Assembly (NCBI GenBank): GCA_009103225.1
Contig: RHPI01002090.1
Span: 1,411,932-1,475,931, forward strand
Direction of reading: 5' to 3'
Length of the DNA stretch: 64,000 nucleotides
Origin: Chlorokybus atmophyticus
Lineage: Eukaryota > Plantae > Mesostigma and Chlorokybus algae
Numbering within the stretch: the stretch's first letter is position 1; the number at the start of each line of letters is the position of its first letter. The notes under the pieces are model-generated. The model searched no databases. It saw nothing but the letters and a program-made list of their open reading frames with translations, and was not told where the DNA came from. This document shows positions 38,016-47,416 of the stretch, in pieces. The position numbers were made by a program, and so were the translations under genes.

Positions 38016-41000
38016 GACAAGGCAAGACAAGACAAGACACAGTACTCCAGTACCCCCGAAGAATCTCCTGACAGTTGGTAAGATTCCTTTCGGGCTCCCA
38101 TGTATTGTGCTCAACACCATACCCTTTCCATTTCACCAAGTAAGACGGCGCGCGTCCGCGTCGAGGCTTACGATGACTCAGGATTGCTTCCACCTCATAC
38201 TCGAAAGTATCGTCGCCATCCACTGCAACGAGGGGTGGCGGAGGTTGAACCCGACCGTTAGAATGGTACGGTTTCAGTACACTCACATGAAACACATTGT
38301 GAATGCGTATTGATGTTGGCAAGTCCAAGCGATACGCGTGAGTGCCGACCCGATCAATCACCTTAAACGGGCCTATTCAGCGAGGGAAAAACTTGCGGGT
38401 ACCCACTCCATTGATGGATATGTTTTTGGTGCTGAGAAGCACCGAACAGCCCACATCGTAGTTGGCCTCTCTACGATGCGCATCAGCATGGGCTTTTTGT
38501 CTGTTTTGCGCTGCGCGCAAACAGTCCTTTGCCAACGCTAACCTATCCTGCATGGCCGAAGCCATCTCGCGCGCTGCAGGTACACAAGTTATGTCGGTAG
38601 CGGGCAATTTAATGTTTGCAGGACTCAGTGGATGCACTCCATAATTCAAGAAAAACGGAGTTTCCTGCACACTCTCTTGCCATGCATTGTTAATCGCGAA
38701 CTCAGCCATTGGGAGATAAACATCCCAATCAGATTGGTTCGGACTCACATAATGCCGGATGGTTTCCTCAATCACTTGATTGGCGCGCTCTGTCTGACCA
38801 TCCGTCTGTGGATGGTAAGCTGTGCTCATGTTCTGTTGAATATGTAAGAAGCTGCATAGCGACTTTCATAATTGAGCTACAAATCGTGGATCGCGATCAG
38901 ACACGAAGTTACGAGGCAAGCCATGTAACTTTAACACAGAGGCGACAAAAACCATCGCTAATTTACGGGAGCCTATTTTCGTGCGGCAAGGGACAATGTG
39001 AGCCATTGTTGTTAAATGATCCACAAAAACTGCAACCGCAGTGTGCCTTAATACTGTCTTCGGGAGCCCAGTAATTAGGTCCATACTCACACTTTCCCAC
39101 TTGCCATCAGGAACAGGCAATAGTCGCAGCAACCCAGCGGGTTTCAGACGTAACGGCTTGTCACGCTGACATTTGTCACACGTGTCAACATAATGCTTCA
39201 CGTCAACAGGCAACGATGGCCACCAGTACAACTGTTGCGCTGCCTTAGTAGGCTTGCGACCGCCAAAGTGCCCAGCATACGGTGAATCGTGTACTTCAGA
39301 TGTGCATTTTATGCGCAACCCAGCATGGTCAGGTATCACCAAGCTGGCGCCCATATAATACAAGTTGTCTTTTTTGTCAAGTTGTTGTACATTCTGTTGC
39401 ATAGAGAACCATGGGTCTAATGTATACCCCTGTAAAACAGCTTGCACAAACTCATCATCAGGAGGCAATGAACCCTGCGTTGCAAGCAACTGCGCACGCA
39501 TAACTGCCAACAATGACGGACAGCGACTCAGTGGATCTGCCACGTTGGTCCTGCCCGGCTGGTATACCCATTCAAAGGTAAATCGCGACAAGAACTCATT
39601 CCAGCGAGCCTGCCTACGCGACAAGTTCAGCTGTGTTGAGAAGTACACCAACGGGTTGTGATCAGTCACCACTGTGAACTGAACTCCCTCCAAGTAACAT
39701 TGTTTCAAGAGCATGCACTATACCAAGCAATTCGTGCTCAGTGGTAGTGTAGTTCACCTCTGCTGGAATGAATTTCCTACTCTCATAAGCACATGGTCGG
39801 CCGTCCTGTAGCAATACTGCACCACACCCAAGGGTGGAGGCATCGCTAATCACAGTGAAGTGTTTATCCCAATTTGGCAATGCCAATACTGGTGCCGAAG
39901 TCAAAGCCAGCTTCACTTGTTGCATCGCAGCTTCTTGTGCTGCTGTCCAAGAGAATGGGGCATCCTTTCGCAACAGTTTTGTCAAAGGCACCACAACTGT
40001 AGAGTACCCCATCATAAACTTGCGAAAGTAGTTTGCCAACCCCAAGAATGATCGCAATTGATGGATATTCTTAGGTTGAGGCCAATCTTTTACCACTTGC
40101 GCTTTGCGAGGGTCAGGTTTGACACCCGCACCACTCACAATATGCCCTAAGAATGGCAACACTGTTTTGCAAAAGTCACACTTTGACAAGTTGGCAAACA
40201 AGCGATGTGTACGCAGCAAGGCGAACACCGCTTCCAAGTGCTGCTTATGCCCTACCTTGGTTTCACTAAAGACAATGATGTCATCCAAGTAAACCATAAC
40301 ATACTTGCCAAGTATGCCACCAAAAATCTTATTCATTTCCTTCTGAAACACTGCGGGCGCATTTGTCAATCCAATAGGTAGCACTTTGTATTGATAATGG
40401 CCCGAAGGTGTTCTGAATGCTGTCTTGTAAACATCACAAGGATGAATCCGAATTTGATGATACCCACTTGTCAAGTCCAACGTACTAAAGTACGCATTTC
40501 CCGACAATTTATCAAACACATCATCAATCCGGGGCAACGGGTATCGATTCTTTACCGTAATCTTGTTCAAAGCACGGTAATCCACACACATACGCAGCTT
40601 TCCATTCTTTTTCATCACAAACAAGATAGGCGCGCCAAAGGTTGAAGAACTCGGTTCAATCAATCCCTCTTCCAATAACTCTTTGATTTGAGTTTCCATT
40701 TCCCCCCTCTCTCGGGGGCTCAGCCTATATATAGGCCGAAACGGAGGCTCACTGTCAGGAATGAGTGGTATTGTGTGTCCGTTACCTCGATCAAAAGGTA
40801 AGCCTGGCAACTCATCTGAGAACACATCTTGATATTTCTCAATGATGTCTGCAACACCTTCTGTATTTTCCGGCACAAAGGCGTCCGACGAAGTCAAGTA
40901 TACCAGAAAAGCCGGTGTGTTTTTGCGCAACGCACGTTTCACTTGCAGTGCAGTGAGTAGCGCTGGGTCGGGCTGCTTGTGGTCCAAGCTATGTGACCCT

Positions 41001-41500
41001 TTCACAAACAATGTTACACGCTTACGACCTTTCTTTACTGTGCACAAGCGTGCGCCAGTATCCAATGTTATTCTGACATTCTCCTGCCATTCCTGTCCTA
41101 ATACCACATCAACACCTAATATGTCGATGGATACCACTATGAAAGTAAGAGTGGCATGATAATTACCAATCTTTATTTTCATTTTTATTTCCCCTTTCAC
41201 TGGCAATGCACCCTCCGCACCGGCAGCTGAAAATGCAGAGGGTTTACACGCTATCTTGTTGCGCACAACCCATTGTTCCTTAACGAAATTGTGTGTTGCA
41301 CCAGTGTCAATCAAGAACGAAATGTTTACCCCTTGCATTGTGCCACTAAACGTCCACAACAGAGGTACTACCCGTCGTTGAAATGGTACCGAGAGTCCGT
41401 GATTAATGCGAGGGTTGAGTAAAATTGCTGACAATTGCACTGTCCCTGTTTCACGCTTGCTAAATTGCTTCAACACAGTTCCCCCTCGAGTGTGTTGCAA
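37978..41500 (-). pseudogene. pol: pol (PR-RT-RH-IN-chromodomain), with a frameshift and nonsense codons
   Basis: Track ORFs 39662..41500, 38866..39714, 38377..38829 and 37978..38361 are joined by one frameshift (about 39700) and two TGA codons at conserved Trp positions. Confidence 0.93.
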
Positions 41501-41774
41501 CCATGATATTTAGGCACCATCACTACCACACTTAAGGTTCTGTGCTTAGTTTGCAACTTGGTCAAAGTGTGCAACACATCGGTAAGCATCTTAAATTCCA
41601 CATGTACCAACACACAAGCATTCTCTTCCACCTTTTCACCATCAAAGGTGGCAACCAATTATGTGCTTGCCATGCATGCGTCATGACATGCACTTGGGAC
41701 AGCTCATCAAACCAGTTTGCCACTAGTATAAGCAATAGGTTATCAACCACTTCTACATCAGTTACGACGTAATC

Positions 41775-43221
41775 CTATTCAACCTTCTTAACCTTGCCCT
41801 TCCCTTTAGTTGGGCAGTTCTTTGCGACGTGGCCAGGCTAATGACAGACGTAACAGGTTTGAGCAGCAGCAGGCATGGCACCACCAGCAGGTGCGCCACT
41901 GGTAGAAGCACCAAATGTCTTCGCCTCCTTTGCCAGGTGTGCACTCGAATGAGAGAAACGCTTTCCTCCCATCCCCGGCGGCTTGGCCGAAACTGCCACA
42001 TGTGACTTGTCCTGCACCGTCGTGTCATCATTGTACAGATACATGCTCAGCTTCTGCAGCTTGGCCAAGTCCTCTGAAATCAAAAGAAGTCCCGTTGCCG
42101 TGTTGTACTGCAGCTGATCATGCACACGCGCATCCAAGCCGCGCTTGTACAACTCAAACTGCTCGGCCTTGTCCATGGGCATGAGGCCGCTGTTTGCACG
42201 ACCCACCAATGCTTGGGACTCCTGCAGATAGGTTGAGGCCGCCCGACCATTCTAACGCAACTTGCTGAGCTTGTTGCGAGCCTGAGTAGCCGGGTCAATG
42301 CCATCATAGCGTTCCATCACGAACAGAAAATGCCTCCACTGTCTTGGCAGCAACATCTTCTGTCTGCCTCGCCCATTCGGCGAGAGCATCAGATGGCATG
42401 AGCAACTCAGCAATAGCAATGTGCTCATTAACCGGACGCTTGAGTACCGTCAAGTAGTGCTCGACAGTGACCACCCAGTCGTGAATGCTGACGCTGCCGT
42501 TAGGCTTGAACTTCTCAGGCTTGTTCAGAGCTGTCACCGGCAGACCTGCTGATGCCCCAGCTGCCGAAGTAGCACTTGCCACTTGTTGGTGCAGCGCCAC
42601 CAACTCAACCTGCATGGCATCGAGGCGTGCCGTCAACTGCACTCGGCCAGTCAACTTGTCTTCCAAGTTAGGTCCCAAGTACCGAAACACATCCTTGCAA
42701 CGCTGTGAGGTTTCCACTCCCAAGTCGGCCAAAGCCTCAAACGCCATTCGCTTGCCTTGGTAAGGGAGAGGCTTATCATATACGGCCATGATAGCAGTCA
42801 CCTTTGGATCACCTCGCACGAGTGGCGAGATGTTGTTCGTCAGCTCATGTTTGAGCATGTGGATCACCATCTCCTTGCTTGCACGAGGGAGTGTGGCCAA
42901 GTCTGTCTCATAGCCATCACGAACCGTCTGCGCCCATGCATCCCACGTTTCTTGACGAAGCTGAGGGTGGGCAGCAAGTAGAGCTTTACGCTCTGAGGCA
43001 TACTTCTCAATGGCCCCGCCAATGACACTCTGTGTGTCTACTGCAGCTGGTCCACTTTGAGCAGACTGGTCGGGAGAAGCTTTACTGCCTTGCTTAACTC
43101 CTTCCTTTTCACTGTCAGTAAGATTATAGCTTTCACTCGTGTCAGAGTAGTTCACTTCCTCTTCACTCGATGGCTCATATGATGTGGACTTCTCCACATC
43201 ATCCCCTCCTTGATCAGACAT
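41775..43221 (-). pseudogene. gag: gag with CCHC knuckle, disrupted
   Basis: Reads MSDQGGDD..LNKPEKFKP..WVVTVEHYL..[frameshift]..RYDGIDPATQARNKLSKLR*NG..CYVCH*PGHVAKNCP..KVE*. Confidence 0.88.
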
Positions 43222-44071
43222 CTGCCCAAGAATACAAGCCGTCAATAGTAGAAGTGTGCAAGTGCACAAAGTACACAAGTTGTGCACTGCAAAAGTGTCA
43301 TAATCTATAAATTTTGTCTTGTCAAGTTTCAAGTGCTTAACGTGGCGTATTCAGCTCAAACAAGAGCTCTCCACACACCCCTTAACTAGACACTCTCCTT
43401 GAAACAAACCGCACGCAAATCCACACGGCGGTTCACAAGTTACATTTTGTCAAAGTTTTCACTTTGTACAACTCAGTTCAACCCACAATTGTAATTGACA
43501 CACAGGGTGTGTCAAAATCTCGTTGAATCAACCCTATAGGCTGATATCAACGAGTTGTGAATTGTGAGTTTGATATCGGCCGCACAGAGTGACTCTGGCG
43601 GCCTCACCGCACTGACTGGCGGTAACGGCAGCCGATGTTGCCACCGGACTGCCTCACAAGGGTTGGTTTTATGAATTTCACACCCTTCACACCACCACGA
43701 ATCCACATGGTGGTAATCACACAAGCACAAGCACAGTAATGTTATCACATCATAATGTGATGACAAGTGATGTGCTGGGCATGCAATGCTTGGGGGGGCT
43801 GCCTGAGTGGCCGCCTCCCCTTCACGCAAGCTAACAAGCCTGGCTAGGCAAGGCAAGGCAAGGCAAGCAAACTAGGCTCAGCTAGGCTAAGCACCAGCAA
43901 CTATACCTACTATAACAAAAACAACAACAACAACTAGCTAACAACCGCCACTACCCACCCTACTGGGTAGTGGCTGCTAGTTGCCGCCGCCGCTGCAGTC
44001 GCTGCCGCCTGCCGCCACTGGTCAGTGCTGCCGCCTGCCGCCGCCCCTCCCACAAGCCCCTCGCCGCCCGC

Positions 44072-44083
44072 GCTCCGATACCA
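44072..44083 (-). other. Primer-binding site for initiator tRNA-Met
   Basis: TGGTATCGGAGC lies 1 nt after the LTR end. It has one mismatch to the plant tRNAiMet PBS TGGTATCAGAGC. Confidence 0.85.
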
Positions 44084-44084
44084 A

Positions 44085-44421
44085 TGTAAGGAGAGGGGGT
44101 GCTCCCTCCTCTCTTGAATCCCCTACCCCAACACCACCACTCGCCACGTCGCCCACGCCGCCGCCGCCAGGGGTAACTGCCGAAGCAGAAGATGCCCTAG
44201 CTATGGCGGTCGCTGCGTTAACAGCGCCGCTAAACGGCTGATATCGACATGAGACTCGTGTCTGATGTCGATATCAGTGTTCAGATAAGTAACACTACAT
44301 TAAGACCTTAATATAAGTTAACGGCCTTAATATGGCTTAATAGGCTGTATAATCCCGTTGGGACCCTTATTTAATCCTAAATAAAGGCGGGGAACCTCTA
44401 TGGAGGTAGCACACCGTTACA
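44085..44421 (-). repeat. 5' LTR (337 bp, TGTAA...TTACA termini)
   Basis: TG...CA ends with 5-bp terminal inverted repeats, directly adjacent to the PBS. Confidence 0.85.
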
Positions 44422-44567
44422 CCGCGCCTGCGGAACACCGCTAGCAATCGTAGAGCGCGACCCCAATGAGAATCATGCAGGCTTTCTCAATGCGCACACA
44501 GCACTGCTCATTACGACTTGGCAAGCACCCAGCTTGTCCAATTTTTGTTTTTTATTTTTGAGGCGAA

Positions 44568-44875
44568 ATGGCGGGGGCTGCGACGGCTGCCGATTCCTCC
44601 TGCCTCTCAAGTCGGCGCAATCAGCGCTTGCTAATGGTGGCAGCGGCGACTGTGGCGGTGGGTGCGCCGCCCATAACGTCCAGCCGCGCCAATCAGCGAC
44701 GACCACGGCCGACAACGAGCAGCAAAGCAAACGGCCAAGGGCAAGTCCCCGCGCCTTGCCAAAGAGGCTTTGTGGCCAATAGGCTTCATCTTTAGGATGG
44801 GAGAGCTCACATACAGCCTGAGGTCTATGGCCATTTATTGGAGCGGAGCATGGGAGCAATAATTCAGACCAACTG
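44568..44875 (+). pseudogene. Unrecognised small-ORF family, copy C (frameshifted)
   Basis: Starts ATGGCGGGGGCTGCG, then reads NVQPRQSATTTADNEQQSKRP../EALWPIGFIFRMGELTYSLRS/GHLLERS. Confidence 0.6.
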
Positions 44876-45192
44876 GTCTATGTAGGTGGGCGGTTGTAGA
44901 TTATGAGGTGTGTTCGCGGCGTGTATTTCGTGCGTGTGTGTGTCGTAAGCACACTTTTGTTTTAATACATCTCACGGGAAATGGTCCATGCGGAGGATGT
45001 AAAAACATCATTACCCTGGCCCACCAGGTGTGTAGCACAGCTGCTACCAAAGCAGAGGGCTACGATGTGTTAACATCCTCAGCATGGACCACACCCTGTG
45101 AGTGGTCCTGAGAACAACATGTGCTTGTTGCTAATGACACACGACACACACATTGCGAACAGAGGTAAGCTGCAGGCGCCCACCTCGCGAAA

Positions 45193-45600
45193 TCAGCCGG
45201 TTTCGACTACCGCTGCCGTGCTCCGCTCCAATGAATGGCCAATAGACCTCAGGCCATATGCAATGAGGCCCATCTCAGCAAAGCAGCCAATTAGCCACAA
45301 TATCTGCTGTAGAAAGCGCAACGACTTGCCGTGTGTATGCCGCTTGCTCTGTTGCTCGACGTCGGCCGTGGTGGTTGTTGACTGGCGTGGCTGGACGTTG
45401 TCGGCGAGGCCCCCACCGAAACTGTCGCCGTTGCCACCGTTGGCAACCACTGCTTGCGCCGGCTGGTGTGGCAAAGAGCGCCGCCGCACCCTACGCGGAG
45501 CTTTGCGTGGACGGCTGTCGTGGTCACTAGGACCAGGCGTAGCTCACCCGCCGCTGCACCCTACCCACCGGGCACGGCCGCCGCCGCAGCCCCCCGCGAT
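45193..45600 (-). pseudogene. Unrecognised small-ORF family, copy D (start codon changed to ATC; C-terminal half open)
   Basis: Reads NVQPRQSTTTTADVEQQSKR..LQQILWLIGCFAEMGLIAYGLRSIGHSLERSTAAVVETG*. The 5' nucleotide sequence aligns with copies A and C. Confidence 0.6.
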
Positions 45601-45731
45601 GCCGCCTTGAAAATTCAAATGCATGCTTGACAACAATCCGTCGTTTAACGACAGAAAGTTGCATGCGTGAGAATGGACCGCCACTTAGCCTCCGCGGCGT
45701 TGTTGGGAGACTTGGGCATGTTTGGGTGCAC

Positions 45732-45914
45732 ATGGGCGGCGGCGGCGGCGCGGCGGTCTCGGCGGCCGGCAAGCTTGTTATTACGCTGCGGCGGTCGTTC
45801 GCAGGGAGGCCCGAGGCCACGCGGCGCATCCTGACGGCGCTGGGCCTGCGCGGCCGCATCAACCAGCAGGTCGAGCGCGTCAACAATGCCTCCATTCGAG
45901 GCATGCTTGCCAAG
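45732..45914 (+). CDS. rpmD: Mitochondrial ribosomal protein uL30 (first exon; last exon unresolved)
   Basis: Reads KLVITLRRSFAGRPEATRRILTALGLRGRINQQVERVNNASIRGMLAK, followed by a GT donor, and is a clear L30 profile. Mitochondrial location is inferred because green plastid ribosomes lack L30. Confidence 0.85.
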
Positions 45915-45955
45915 GTGCAGTCGGGACCCTTCATGCAAGAGCATTTGCTACCAGC

Positions 45956-46183
45956 ATCGACATTAGTAATTGTTTGCGGCGCCTTTATAATTGCCATGCC
46001 ATGCCCAGCCTACAGCTTAATCTGTTCAGCAAAGATAGTTATGAGCGCCCTCCCTTCGGTCTGTCCATTAGGGTCAGAGCAAGTTGTTTCTTCCCGCCAT
46101 TAGCGTCGCCTTCGTATGGGGTGCTGTGTGCGCTGCAGCTTTGTCTGCAGGCCTTTGTATGTGTTGAGGAGCTCGACCACATC
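45956..46183. repeat. 228-bp segment identical to 57520-57747
   Basis: Base-for-base match read in the sequence (ATCGACATTAG...GACCACATC). Confidence 0.95.
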
Positions 46184-47260
46184 TGCACAAGGAACGGAGA
46201 AGCTCGCACATAATAGCACTTTTCTCATATGACGCTTTGTACGCTTATTGTCTCAAGTTGATCGGATCTGTGCATCAATGTGCAGCATTCACACATGCAA
46301 CATGTTGACACAATGGCTAAGCCGTCATTGGTAGTTTAGCCGTGTCATTGCGTAGTTGCCGCCACAGAGATAAGCCTGCAAAGTGCCTGTCACTATCAAG
46401 TTGATGCATGTGCATCAGCACAAGCATTGCCATCCTCCAGCAGAAGAGGAGATTGCCTTAATACAGACAATCTCCTCTAACACAGATCCCACACATGGTG
46501 AGCGTCGAGACTTCAGAGATGGCTGCCGAAAGGGCGGCTGAGTTGGCCAGGCAGAAGGCGCCGAGGGAACCCATTGTTGCCTGGCACAAGCCCTGAGACT
46601 GTGCGATAACAGGCGCGTATGCGTGCATGGGGGTGGGTGGGGTTGGGGCAAGCGGGGGTGGGCGTAAGGTTGGAAGAGCAGATGTTAGATCAGCAGGTGA
46701 CACAGCAAAGATGGACCTTACAGTCGAGCGCACAGTGACTTGCTCCTCACAATGATATGCTGGATCGCTTATTGATGTGTAGCTCGTATAGGTTGCCTTG
46801 AACTTGGCATAGAGCTTAGTGTGGGGCTTGTTGGTCAAGCGCGTACCGCTACTTGCAATTGCGGTTGGAACTGTCGCGCGCGAACAGACATGGTGTTCCT
46901 GGTTGTGCGTGGCGGACTGTTGGTAGCTTGCTCTGAAGATTGATCGGTTTCTCATCGCACAGTGCTGTCATGTTTTGATTACAGTACATCACCCCAGTTT
47001 CTAGCCGTTCACCTTGGTTTGCAACTGGCAGAGCACACAAGCGCGACGCTACTGTACATGCGCGCAATAGCTCTAGTATTCAGTTGTATACATCCTACTT
47101 GCAGCGTGTACCCTGGGACATACAGATTTCAACAAGGTACTCCTGTGTGTATGCACTATTACTGTCTTTGCCTATGCAGGGTGTACACTCATACCAGGAA
47201 TGACCTTGCAGTAGGGGCTTCACTCGGCAGCGATGAAGTCAGTTATGTTTCAGCCGTGTG
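46100..47260 (-). CDS. Possible hypothetical multi-exon gene; exon structure unresolved
   Basis: Open segments bounded by plausible AG/GT sites: EYLVEICMSQGTRCK, KLYAKFKATYTSY, QATMGSLGAFCLANSAALSAAISEVSTLTM and (D)VVELLNTYKGLQTKLQRTQHPIRRRR*. No family recognised. Confidence 0.3.
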
Positions 47261-47416
47261 CATGGGCTGCAACAACCAAGTCTTTATGCATACTGCATGA
47301 CTTGCCTCACAGCAAGCATGGTTGCACACGCAATGCCATGGTGTGTGGCTGCATGCCAACTAGGTGATATGTCAACAAGAAATACTTCTTGAATAACATT
47401 GTCCTACATATGATTA

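Larger units (their letters stand above)
38030..44421 (-). mobile_element. Ty3/gypsy chromovirus LTR retrotransposon (Chlamyvir-like), decayed, 3' LTR missing
   Basis: 5' LTR, PBS, gag, protease (FLIDTGATHNF), RT (LRMCVDYRALN, YLDDI), RNase H (SDAS, TDH), integrase (HDSPYAGH, YHPQTDGQTER, GPF) and a C-terminal chromodomain (YEVEAILSHR..YLVKWKGY..NTWEP), in gypsy order. Confidence 0.96.

Noticed and set aside
38107-41772. Plus-strand ORFs within the retrotransposon
   Set aside because: Antisense shadows of pol with no independent motifs.
7692-42260. Non-canonical genetic code (TAA/TAG = Gln, as in some ulvophytes), suggested by in-frame TAG at Gln positions in gag and a TAA in family copy A
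   Set aside because: Host genes end properly at TAG (ALDH6 9115, b561 gene 23009, aminotransferase 1665) and their exons have no in-frame TAR. The same element also has TGG-to-TGA lesions, and the TAA in copy A aligns to Gly in copy B.
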